Shown here piece by piece: positions 43,288-55,641 of a stretch of DNA of 64,000 nucleotides; position 1 is the stretch's first letter, and every line of letters begins with the position of its first letter. The stretch is from Octopus bimaculoides. Its lineage: Eukaryota. A program made the translations under genes and the position numbers. Under the pieces are notes generated by a model that made no database searches, was not told where the DNA came from, and saw only the letters and a program-made list of their open reading frames with translations. The DNA lies in NCBI RefSeq assembly GCF_001194135.2, contig NC_069001.1, positions 3,638,735 to 3,702,734 on the forward strand. The letters are read 5' to 3'.

Positions 43288-46200
43288 TTGCCATTATGTT
43301 AAACTGCTGTATGTCCAAATTTGGTCAAATGCGCTTTTTCTCAATATTTATAAAATGATGATGGTGGTGGTAGTGTGTGTTTGTTTTATGTCTGTTTTGA
43401 CAAGTTTGCAGGAGTTAAATATTTTGAGACACTGTTTTACAGGTAGATACTCTTCCTCACATTAAAACCTTACTTGTTTTCAAGCAAGGAATTGCTTATT
43501 CTACACAGCTTCAAAGGTATGAGCTGCCCAAACAATTTGTTGATGGGAAACAATTTGCTGACAACAGCATTGCATGCCACAATTTAACACAAGCAATGGG
43601 TATACACACATTTCCCTTTTCTTTTGGCTACATTTAGAATTTTCAATTCAATCTTCTAATTTCATAGTATTTCATTGTTTTAGAGTGCCACCATTCTCCT
43701 GCCATTCCTACTGTTGCTGAAATCCATTATCTTTTGTTCTGTTTCTCCTTGTAAAATGATTTCTTGCTATCCACATTTACACACGCATGCATGCACACAT
43801 AAACATACAGGTGAATGCACGTGGGTTAGTGGTTAGGGTATTTGGCTCTCAACTGTAAGATCATAGATTCAATTCCTGGCGATGTTGTGTCCTTGAGGTA
43901 GTACTTGTATTTCGAAGGACCAGCCTTGTCACATTATGTGTCATGCTGAATCTCCCTGAGAACTATGTTAAGGGTATGCATGTCTGTGTAGTGCTCAACC
44001 ACTTGCATGTTAATTTCATTCGTTGATTGGATCAGCTGGAACCCTCGTCATCATAACCTGCAGAATGCCAGTACAGATATTTTGAGCAACTAGATAGAAG
44101 GTATACATGGACATTACCTACAGAACAAAATCATAATCAAATTGATGACATGTTCTTGAACAAGTGCTGGAAGAGTGGTGTTCAGCATCAGCATCATCAT
44201 TTTAATGTCTTTTTTGTGCTTGCATGAATCAAACCGGATTTATCGAGGCAGACTTTCTGTGGCTGGATGTCCTTGCTGTTTCCCTTCCCCTCACCTTTTA
44301 CCAAGTAAGGTAATATTTCCTCATTACCAAGCATGTTTGTACAGAATATTGGAAATGTATGACGTGGCTTGTATAACAGCAACACTCATTTACAACTAGG
44401 ACACATCAAGACTAGGAGACACAAATGTAACACACACACATATATATGATGGTCCTCGAGGCTTTGGATGGTCTGAAGACACTTGTTCAAAGTGCCATGC
44501 AGTGGGACTGAAACCGAAACTGTTTGGTTGGAAAGCTTGCTCGTATTGTCAAAACTATGAAACAGATCAACTGTTTATGTCTAAGATTAAATTGAAATTC
44601 AAGAAAATTGAAACAAGAAATAGGCTTAATTGGTATTATCATGAAATTATACCACAGAAGTTTGAGAATTGATTTACTGTTATTCCTAACTTTGATAGAT
44701 ATCTTGAGTTATGACATAAATCACCATCGTTGGTGTCCATATTCCATACTGGCCTGGATTTGACAAGATCTGACAGGTCAGTATACTGTTGAACTCCAGT
44801 GTCTGCTTTGGTATAATTTCTATGGCTGGATGCTTTTCCTAATGCCATCAATTTTCCAGTGCTGGGTGCTTTTTTTTGTATCACTGGCACAAATAGCTCA
44901 CAAGTCAAGACCCCTTGATTGATTAAGGGGTGAGGTGGGGGTGTAGTATTGCGGGAAGTGTCTTATGTCAGGTGATGAGAGGCAAGAGTGCAACAAAGAT
45001 AAAATGAAAGACATTTTTCTGTGGATAGCAAGAAATCGTTTTACAAGGAGAAACAGAACAAAAGATAATGCCATTTACATGATACTGGCAACTGCATTTT
45101 CACTTGGCTTGATGAGTCTTCTTAAGCACAACATATTTCCAATGGTCTCGGTCATTTGTCATCACCTTCATGAGGCCCAACATTCAAAGATCATGCTACC
45201 AGCAATGGCCACGATTACAATTTCTCAGGTGCCACTTACATGACACTGGCAACGGCCACAATTATAATTTCATTTGACTTGATGAGTCTTCACCTTTTAT
45301 TTCTAGTCTTCCAGGAAAAAGTTCCCTGTCTATAGTAAAATATTACCTCACTAGGAAACAGGTGAGGGTTGGCAAGAGGAGGGTATCCTGTTGAAGAAAA
45401 TCTGCCTTAACAAATACCATCCGACTCATGCAAGCATGGAAAAGTGGACATTAGAATGATGTTGGTGAAGCATTAGTTTACAAACAGATGCCTCTTTATT
45501 ATCACTTCCTCTGAGAGTGAAAAGCAGTCGGACCAGTTGTCAGCTGGGAATGTCAGTGCCACTGTATATGTTGAATGATTTCATGCGGACACTTGTAATG
45601 TGAAACAGTTGCATATACACGTGCACATACACACTCACATATATACCCATTCTTTTTTATGTCTGTTTTTACTATTTCCATGCTAGCATATGTTAGCTCA
45701 GTATATTATTGAAGCATTGTTTTACAGTTGGATGCCCTGCCTGTCACTAACCCTCAGCTGTTTTTCAAGTCAGGAACCTCTTATTCCCCATCTCTTTAAA
45801 GGTGCAAAGTGAGCAAAAACGACAGCAACAACACTTGTAGTTCCTTTCATAGAGCACAAATGTCAACTTGCATACTTACACATACACAAACATACATAGA
45901 TGCATACAAAGACATCTATTGGGACATCATCAATTGCTTGCTGAAGGTGATTCAAGAAATCTCTCTCCTCTTTGCTTCTAAGACACAAAAATAAAACCTT
46001 CATGACTAAGATTTCTACGTTATCTTATCAATGCCAAGACTTTGTCATGGCTAGTTTGCATCCTTCAACTGCTTCTCTTTAGTTTCCCTTAAATATCTAG
46101 ATATCATTGCCATGCCCATTAATCTTCAAATAGAGTAAATAAACTTTGCAATTATATACTGATAGGAAATGGATCATTCTTGTGTATTTCGGTTCACTTG

Positions 46201-46859
46201 CCAAGATTTCAACTTCTATGTCCATTTCTGCTTTCACAACAGATGATTTTTCTTTATTCATTGTTCTTGCATTCTACATCCCAACTATAAGCACCTCTAC
46301 ACACACACACACATATATATATAGTAAATTTTAATATATATATATATATATATATACACTCACATTCCTGTATACACAAGTATGTGTGCTTATATACATG
46401 TGCAGAGTGTATATCATCATTTTAACGTCAGTTTTCCAATGGTTTGGCACTAGCTTGTAAGAACAGGAACCAAACCAGGCTCCATTGTCTGTTTTGGCAT
46501 GGCTTCTACGGCTGGATGCCTTTCCTAACACCAACCATTTTACAGAATGTACAGGGTGCTTTTTATGTGGCACCAGCACCAACAGGCCCACCAAGTAACT
46601 TGCAAGACTATANNNNNNNNNNNNNNNNNNNNNNNNNNNNNNNNNNNNNNNNNNNNNNNNNNNNNNNNNNNNNNNNNNNNNNNNNNNNNNNNNNNNNNNN
46701 NNNNNNNNNNNNNNNNNNNNNNNNNNNNNNNNNNNNNNNNNNNNNNNNNNNNNNNNNNNNNNNNNNNNNNNNNNNNNNNNNNNNNNNNNNNNNNNNNNNN
46801 NNNNNNNNNNNNNNNNNNNTACACACACACACACATATATATATAGTAAATTTTAATAT

Positions 46860-47320
46860 ATATATATATATATATATATGTTTTACAAGTGTGTATGTAG
46901 ATATATAAATGCATATATATGTACACATATGCACGTATATAATCATATCTATATGTACATTTATATATATATATTCATGTTTGTATATATAAATGTACAT
47001 AGACATATATGTGCATGTATATACACATATCTACATGCATAAACGTACATATTAACGTGTGTACGTGTTTTATATATACATATGTACACACAAACGTGTA
47101 TATAAGTATTCGTGCATACAGAAACGTACATGGACATCTATGTGTATATATATATATATATCTCTGTAAATACATATATAAACGTACATATTGACGTATG
47201 TTTCATCCACACATACATATATCAGTGTTTATGACCATATACATATGTACATACAAATATGTGCGTGTCTATATATATATTACATATATATATATATAGT
47301 ATATATATATACATCGCGTG
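46860..47320. repeat. TA/CA-rich low-complexity tract
   Basis: Directly visible. Confidence 0.85.
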
Positions 47321-47384
47321 TATATAAGTAATGTACAACAGTACATGTCATAGTAACTGACTCTGCGAGAGCTTAGAATATTCT

Positions 47385-47750
47385 GGTTTCTTCCGGTTGC
47401 ACCATTACATTTTGTTAACAGGTAAAGAACGGATAATGTCCAACACATTTCAACGACATAACACATTCTCAGTAAACTAGAAAATTTGCTGATGAAGGTG
47501 GTGTTCGTTCGTTCGTTTTTCACCTCTTCCCGACCTCTGTAATATATACAAATGGGAGGAAAAAAGGGGGCCAGAAAGAAATTACCTGAGAACTGTTTGT
47601 CTTCGCTAACTGTCCTCCACCTCCGCAGGAAGTATTTATTGGGCATGCGCACGGCTGGCTTATGCCCAGCAGCTTTGTACAAAGAGAGGGAAATGCTTCT
47701 GATGATATTAAAATCAGCAGTGACGGCTTTTGCTATCGGAAGCATTTTAT
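47385..47750. promoter_or_regulatory. Orphan CpG-rich promoter-like island
   Basis: CTTCCGGT 47390-47397, CAGGAAGT 47626-47633 and NRF1-like GCATGCGCA 47643-47651, with splice donors on both strands (+ 47421/47422, - 47586/47585). Confidence 0.4.
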
Positions 47751-48514
47751 TTTTATTCCATTTTTTTTTCATCCGATGTGTCATCATGGGTTTGGTTGAT
47801 AAAAATAAGGAAATTAAAAAGAAAGTAAGAGAGGAATAAAAATGCGTATTATTATTTTTTTTGCTACCAAGAGTATATTCAAGCAAGTGAAGGGTTAAAT
47901 GAACCTGATTTGAATAATGGTTTAATACGGTACTATAGATGATGTTATAATATATTTTCCATTTAGTGAATAAAGATGAAAAAAATTCCATATTCGAAAA
48001 AGGGAAAAAATAAGGGGGTGTGGAACAAGATATTCCAGATTAATTTTTAAATATTCTAGAAAAAATATTTTAAGACAAACTTACAAGAAGAATGATAATT
48101 GTTTTTGCTTCTGATTAGCAACATGCAATATGGTATTATGATTGACATTGCCATATATAGACAACAGTATTGTATTTCGTTAGAATATGTTTATTAACTG
48201 AATTAAGTGATGGATATATGCAAAGATTGTTGTTAAAAATCTAATTAAAGATTCATGGAGTAAAGTTTAGATAAGGGTTAATTTGCCAGAGGTTAACTGA
48301 TAACAAGAATGAGCAATATGTGTAAGGTGTGGAATTTCTTTTACCCTGGTGATAGAATATATTTATCAACCTACTGATGCAATATGTGTATTATCAATAG
48401 TTTAGTTAAAATTTAGTAGAGTTTAAATAGGACATGTCTGGTGACAAAAACTGAATAGGTAACATGAAGGATTTCTTTTATATAGGAACAGTGAAATGTT
48501 TTGTACAGAATTGG

Positions 48515-50150
48515 CAAAATCTGATTCTTTTAACAACTCTAAAAGCAGTACTTGAACTTAGATTACTCCAAGCTAAGAATGCCACTGGCCCTGATAACCT
48601 CCCTTCTATTGCCCTCAAACAATGTGGTCCAACGCTGGCCTCTAGTCTCACCCAACTCTTCAACATAATTCTCGAAAGGAATAACAGAGATATTGCCCAA
48701 TATCTCAATATTTGGTAACAGTCTACATGTGTCTCATCCCCAAGAGTAACCCTTCTGATCCTGTTAACTATTTCCCTGTCACATTCACTTCCAGTATAGT
48801 GTTTCAAATGTGATGGAGACAGCCACTAAAAACACCTTGAATTTTTCTTACTCTTGAAAGACTACTAGCACAGCTTGAGTAAAACCAGATCAATTGATAA
48901 CCAACTTTGCTATGTCACTCAGCTTGAGAAATTTATTAAAAACCATGATGTTAAATTCAACTTCAAATCACACCATTGAAGAATGACTGACGGTGGGTAT
49001 TTCTAACCTAAACTCTATCAATTTTGGTGTGCCTCGAGATTCACTGTTGATGACGACACTCTTCCTCCTAATTATTACCTCTATACCTATGCAGATGATA
49101 CCATCCTTCATTTCTCTTTAACTTTCTGCATGCAAATGTTAGATATATGCAATCTCAAACATCTCACACCAAATCTTCAGTAACTCTATGAAAAGAAATT
49201 TAAAAGCACTTCCCAATGAAGTCATGCAAATCTTGTAGCCTTCCACAGTGCAAAGACTTAATCACAACATATATCAAGAATATATTATTACACACCTTCA
49301 TGCAAAACATGAATAGCATGCAACTAGAACTCTAGAAGTCTTCAATATTGATATAAAGGCTAAGTCTCACCATTTCAAAGGACAAAATGAGATAATCAGG
49401 CTTGGCTGTTTGGATACTGGTGATTTGGCACAGCTAACTGAATATTGAACATGTTTTGGCAACTGTACTTTTTAGCACTAGAGGCAAACACTCACACACA
49501 CACACATGCACAGAAATATTTACATACAAGTAGTGACAGAAAGGAAGAGAGAAAGCAAGAGAGAGAGAGGGAGACATTGCAGTTTTTTTAATTGAATACA
49601 CTCAACATAAAGATTTTTCCTCTCCTCATGCACATAGAGAGAAATACACTTATATACATAAACAGAGGAGAAAAGGAGAGACTGGCTTTCATCTTTAGCA
49701 CCAGAAAATACTTCAGCCCTCAACAAATACTAATCCTCTATAAAGCTCAAATAAGACCCACACTGGAGCATTGATCTCATATTTGGGATGTTACTACTGA
49801 TACACTCACAGACATGATACACCATATTCAAAGGCTTCTCAACAGATTGATATGATGTCATTCAAGGCCACACTCTATCTTCTGCCACATAGAAGATGAA
49901 ATGTGACTGTCACTTCTATTGGAATTACTGCCGTCTTTGCTCCTCACAAATAGCTGGTTTGGTGTTACCACTGCAAATCTACTCCTGACTCACTCAGCTC
50001 TCCTCCATATTGTGTCCCTCATTTCAGGCCCCTAACTAACCCCTACACTCTCGAATGACAACCTTCTGGAATCCTCTATCTGCATGTGTTTTTTTTTTGC
50101 CCTTGAAACAATTAACTTGCATCTGTTCAAGAGGACCGTTAACTATGGTC
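48515..50150 (+). mobile_element. Degraded CR1/L2-clade LINE reverse transcriptase region
   Basis: Fragments KNATGPDNLPSIALKQCGPTLASSLTQLFN, IPKSNPSDPVNY, LYTYADDTILH (YADD motif near 49090) and RKYFSPQQILILYKAQIRPTLEH; many stops and frameshifts; interrupted at about 49330-49670. Confidence 0.8.
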
Positions 50151-50717
50151 CAGCAGTAGTAAGGTCACAAAGTACTTGCAAGAGAAGGTCCCTCAACTAA
50201 GCGGCGTATTGTATTGAGAGATATAAAAGTAGTACAATGGCAGGGAGGGCAGGTGCAGGTCTTTTGCTCTAGGTAAATCATCATCATTCTCATCATCATC
50301 ATCATTTAACATCCTCTTTTCCATGCTAGCATAGGGTTGGACAGTTTGACAAAAACAGATGAGCCAGAGGCTTCCACCAGTTTCCATGACTGTTATGGCA
50401 TGGTTTCTACAGCTGATACCCTTCTTAATGCCAACTGCTTAAGAGAGTGTACTGTGTGCTCTTTACATGGCACCAACACAAGTGAGATCACCAAGTACCT
50501 GCAAGATAAGACCTCAACTGCGCAAGGTGTAGACTGGAGGAATAAGAAGGAGAGATTCAGGTGACTTGCTGAAGAGGTGAATCCATGGCTTGCTTCCTGG
50601 AAAGTGAGAGAGAGAACGAAAAGGATGTGAGGTCCATGTGCAATATATGTGACAGAATAGGATAGCAGACAGGGAAAAGGTGGATGTGTAGGTAAGTGAA
50701 CTGAATGAAAATAGTGT

Positions 50718-51909
50718 AACAGGTGATTAGAGATAGGGATTGAGATGGACACAAAGGGTATCAGTTAAGTGTGGGGAAAATGAAGAAAATAGGGTAACAG
50801 GTGATTAGAGATAGGGATTGAGATGGACACAAAGGGTATCAGTTAAGTGTGGGGAAAATGAAGAAAATAGGGTAACATNNNNNNNNNNNNNNNNNNNNNN
50901 NNNNNNNNNNNNNNNNNNNNNNNNNNNNNNNNNNNNNNNNNNNNNNNNNNNNNNNNNNNNNNNNNNNNNNNNNNNNNNNNNNNNNNNNNNNNNNNNNNNN
51001 NNNNNNNNNNNNNNNNNNNNNNNNNNNNNNNNNNNNNNNNNNNNNNNNNNNNNNNNNNNNNNNNNNNNNNNNNNNNNNNNNNNNNNNNNNNNNNNNNNNN
51101 NNNNNNNNNNNNNNNNNNNNNNNNNNNNNNNNNNNNNNNNNNNNNNNNNNNNNNNNNNNNNNNNNNNNNNNNNNNNNNNNNNNNNNNNNNNNNNNNNNNN
51201 NNNNNNNNNNNNNNNNNNNNNNNNNNNNNNNNNNNNNNNNNNNNNNNNNNNNNNNNNNNNNNNNNNNNNNNNNNNNNNNNNNNNNNNNNNNNNNNNNNNN
51301 NNNNNNNNNNNNNNNNNNNNNNNNNNNNNNNNNNNNNNNNNNNNNNNNNNNNNNNNNNNNNNNNNNNNNNNNNNNNNNNNNNNNNNNNNNNNNNNNNNNN
51401 NNNNNNNNNNNNNNNNNNNNNNNNNNNNNNNNNNNNNNNNNNNNNNNNNNNNNNNNNNNNNNNNNNNNNNNNNNNNNNNNNNNNNNNNNNNNNNNNNNNN
51501 NNNNNNNNNNNNNNNNNNNNNNNNNNNNNNNNNNNNNNNNNNNNNNNNNNNNNNNNNNNNNNNNNNNNNNNNNNNNNNNNNNNNNNNNNNNNNNNNNNNN
51601 NNNNNNNNNNNNNNNNNNNNNNNNNNNNNNNNNNNNNNNNNNNNNNNNNNNNNNNNNNNNNNNNNNNNNNNNNNNNNNNNNNNNNNNNNNNNNNNNNNNN
51701 NNNNNNNNAGGGTATCAGTTAAGTGTGGGGAAAATGAAGAAAATAGGGTAACAGGTGATTAGAGATAGGGATTGAGATGGACACAAAGGGTATCAGTTAA
51801 GTGTGGGGAAAATGAAGAAAATAGGGTAACAGGTGATTAGAGATAGGGATTGAGATGGACACAAAGGGTATCAGTTAAGTGTGGGGAAAATGAAGAAAAT
51901 AGGGTAACA
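50718..51909. repeat. 78-bp minisatellite spanning an assembly gap
   Basis: Unit AACAGGTGATTAGAGATAGGGATTGAGATGGACACAAAGGGTATCAGTTAAGTGTGGGGAAAATGAAGAAAATAGGGT; identical copies start at 50718, 50796, 51750 and 51828, with N at 50879-51708. Stops occur in all six frames. Confidence 0.95.
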
Positions 51910-51967
51910 TAAAAGATTGATGGAAGTTTAGGTGTCAGATGAGTTGTTGCAATGGCTAGACAGAGTT

Positions 51968-52180
51968 TCAGTTCTGCTGAGATGGATGGGTCTTCTCAAG
52001 TCCTCTTGGTCCCATCTCCTCTGAAAAGTGCAACACCTTGAAGTCAGTCTTCACTACTTTGTCCCATGTCTTCCTAGGTCTACCTCTTCCACATTTTCCC
52101 TCCATGTTTAGTGACAACACTTCTTTATACATGCTTTCCAGCATGCCAAACAGTTGTCTTAACAACTTCATACTCATATT
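51968..52180 (-). mobile_element. RTE-type LINE 3' fragment
   Basis: Encodes LNMEGKCGRGRPRKTWDKVVKTDFKVL. Confidence 0.7.
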
Positions 52181-52739
52181 TCTGTTCCCCAGCCAAGCAG
52201 ACAGAAAATTAAGATTGCCAGCATGAATTTAGCATGATATTTCTCCAGTTGTGATAACGTCATCACAGAGCTATACAAACCAGCTATTTTCTCATAAACT
52301 ACAGAGTTTGTCTCTTCCAAAGTGTATAACTTCTTGTCCATAATCTTCATTCAAAGATTAACATGCAAAATACCATGTGTAGTAATTAAATCTTCTGTTA
52401 ATTGTTTACAAGCATTGCACATCGTTTACATGCAGCCAGTAACCCAACACAAACATTGTAGAAGAACTACCTACCCCATGACATGCTTATATGCTATCTA
52501 CTCATTGAAATAGCATGTAAGAGGTTGAGTATTCCACAAACAAGCGTGCTTTTTGAATTACAAATATTATCAGCCTGACAGACTACTATACAGATTCTGT
52601 CAACCCAGTTTTACTCCCCAGAAGTAAGTGGAGCTGAAATTGTGAAAAATTCTAGTTGCCCAAGATACTATGCAATGGGATTGAACTTGGGACTTCAAGG
52701 TTACTAAGCAAACTTCTGAACCACTCAACCATACTTTGC

Positions 52740-52759
52740 ACGCTACGCGCGCGCGCTTG

Positions 52760-52800
<41 letters not shown>

Positions 52801-52951
52801 CATTCTCTATTTATCTACATACATACAAATATTTATTTATATATGTGAGTGTGTGTGCGTGTATATGTATTTATATCTGTCTTTCTGTCGATTGACAGAT
52901 AGATAGACAGATACATACATACATAGATACATACAGATTTAGGTAATATAG

Positions 52952-52986
<35 letters not shown>

Positions 52987-53060
52987 CAGATACATACATA
53001 CATACATACATACATACATACAAATAGATTTAGGTATGTATACAGAGAGAGAGAGAAAGA
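52740..53060. repeat. (CTAT)n/(ATAG)n/(ATAC)n tetranucleotide microsatellites
   Basis: Directly visible. Confidence 0.9.
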
Positions 53061-53358
53061 AAGAATGAGAGTCTTATCAATATTTGAATGTAAACAAGTC
53101 TGCCATGGCAAAGTTCGTTTCGTATCTCTCATTCCACATTTTTCTAGAATTTACTTCGACGCTACTTGTCTCGTGTCACCAACCGAACGACTTCCTTGAG
53201 AAAAGCAAACAATTTCTTTCATCTTTAACTTCGCCCTGACCAGTTCAATATTGCATTGGTCTCATAAACAAGTTTAGAGTGGCCATATAGCTTCCAAAAG
53301 CCTCTAATTTCCCCCTCGTTGTTGCTCTATCTGTCATAACGTATTCTCAGAAACTACA

Positions 53359-55595
53359 ATGGCGGAGTCCGACTGGAATGAAGTCACTTACATTGGTAAG
53401 AGAGCGAAAGCTGGACAGCTTAGATCGAAACAGGTAAATCTTATGAGTAACAAAGCAAAAGACTTCAGTACAGCCCTTGTTATCGTGTATATATTACCGT
53501 TAATTTTATTAATTCTATGTTAACCTGGATTATTGTCTTTCCTTTCTGCTGTCGTTCCGTTTAACACTATCCTTCTCTTTCTCTCTACCTGCAATCTACA
53601 GCGATTGCACCTCTATCATCCAAACTATTTTTGTTGACGTCGACATATTAAAGCAATTAAGAATCTTAATAATGTCTTTGATATATGCTCCTGTTATTTA
53701 TTTATTTTCTTTCGAAAGAACATACTGCCAACAACAATAACAAGAACAAATAAAGTTAAGTGATTAAGAGTCTATGTAAAATAGCAGCAGTGCGTTAATA
53801 ATGTGTTGCATCGGGTGATTTGCACCTTGTATGGTTATTAGAATATACCTTTAGGTAAACAGAAAAGTCTGGAACAACACGGAGAGAAAGCTATTTTATA
53901 TGACTTTGACGTCATAATAAATACGCGATTATTGTAAAGGAAAAAACCTCAACAAACACGGGACAGTTTTATTCTGCCATGTGGTTGATTAGGTGCCCCC
54001 ACAACATGTCCCCTACAACAGCCAAACTTTTAAGTCTTGGCTATTTGTTGAATGTATTAATGATTTCTAAGTGTTTGTTACTAATTTTCACATGTCGATT
54101 ACTGGTGTCGCACCAAATATATTGCTGTGATTTCTGCTGGATCACACGTGCCTCCTAACTAGAAATATATTCCCAGTTTTGTGTTACCTGCGTGTCTCGG
54201 TAAATCAAAGACTGCTCTTGGATTGTGAGATGTTGATTTAGTTTCATTGATAACTACCTAAACAGAGGGAAGTATATATATATATATATATATAGTTATG
54301 TACGTTTGTATGTGTGGGTATATATATATATATATCAGTCATGACCGAAGTGGGCATGGAAATTCGTCACGCAATCAGCCGATCCCGGGGGCCAAGGTCC
54401 CACTGCATGGCACCTTGTACAAGTGTTTGTAATTCTTTAATTTAACTTCGGGTAACCACCAAACTTTGTGAGTGATGTTGGACAAGCGAAAACTGTGCGG
54501 AACTTTCGTCAGATGCATTGCAACATATTGCATCATTCACCTGTCACCCGAGAAGGGCACACGTGTCGCTGAAATATTCGGCCGCTTAGACGTTAACTAA
54601 CAAGCAGATATTTCAGCTGGTCGAACAACTCCGTGCTTAACGACAAAATCAACGAAGGATCCATTGTGTGGAACATGGACGTTAAATGATGACGATAATG
54701 ATATAGGTGTGTGTGTGTTTATTTATTTAACGCACAAGTGTCCGAATAATCTTCAAACATGTGCGCCCTTAGGAGAAACGATCGCGATGATATATATATA
54801 TATATATATCCTCGTGTTCCTTTCCTTTGAAGAGCGTAGGCTCGGAACGTAAAAGACTTTCTGATTTTCCCAAGCGTCAAACTAATACACCTGCTAGTTG
54901 TTTATACACCTGTCTTCGTCTTCTGTTTTTTCTGTAAATTTCAACTATATATAACTATATATCCGTTAAGCATTAACTGTCAGGAAAAAAAGAGTACTTA
55001 ATACAATGGTAGAGATAAATATCTTTGTCACAACTTTCCTGTGAAGGAGACACACCACACACACATGCTTATTCATATACACATACATACACATGGACAT
55101 TTTCAGTTTCAGTCTTCCAAAATCACTCACAAAGCTTTTCTTGTCCTATGACAATAGAGGAAGATGTTAGCACTAGGTGTCACGTTGTGGAACTGAACCC
55201 AAAACCGTGCAGTTGTGAAGTGAACTTAACCACAAAGCCATGCCTGTACCTTCCCATGTGTGTGTCTAAACCATACTTGCACATACAGATTGTTTAGATA
55301 CACACACACGCACACACACACACTAAACGATTTGTAACATGTTTGGCACCTTATGAATTTCCTATTGACTTCTTTGTAATATGTAATTAAAGATGAGCCA
55401 ACACAGCCGCTTGACCTTTGGTTATTGTTGAAATACTTTGCATCTTAGATTTGCTTGAGCATGGTTGACCTGCAGCTGAACAATAGCAACAATATTAGAG
55501 AGGTAAACCAGGGATTTAGAAGTAAGCATAAGTTTATTGTCTTCTTAAATTTAGTTTTCCTATGGTTGCAAAATCTCAAAAAATGTTGGGTATAT

Positions 55596-55641
<46 letters not shown>

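Noticed and set aside
43815-43885. tRNA-like sequences (also about 58850 and other SINE heads)
   Set aside because: A/B-box heads of tRNA-derived SINEs; no complete cloverleaf.
47691-47760. Resemblance to U11 snRNA (GCUUCUG...UCGGAAGCAU) or a SECIS element
   Set aside because: Lacks the U11 5' AAAAAGGG sequence and the spacing is far too short; the SECIS helix II is too short and there is no selenoprotein upstream.
54821-54856. Hammerhead-like motif UUGAAGA-GCGUAGGCUC-GGAA-CGUA in the Penelope-like fragment
   Set aside because: C3 and GAAA are both altered and stem I does not form; at most a dead relic.
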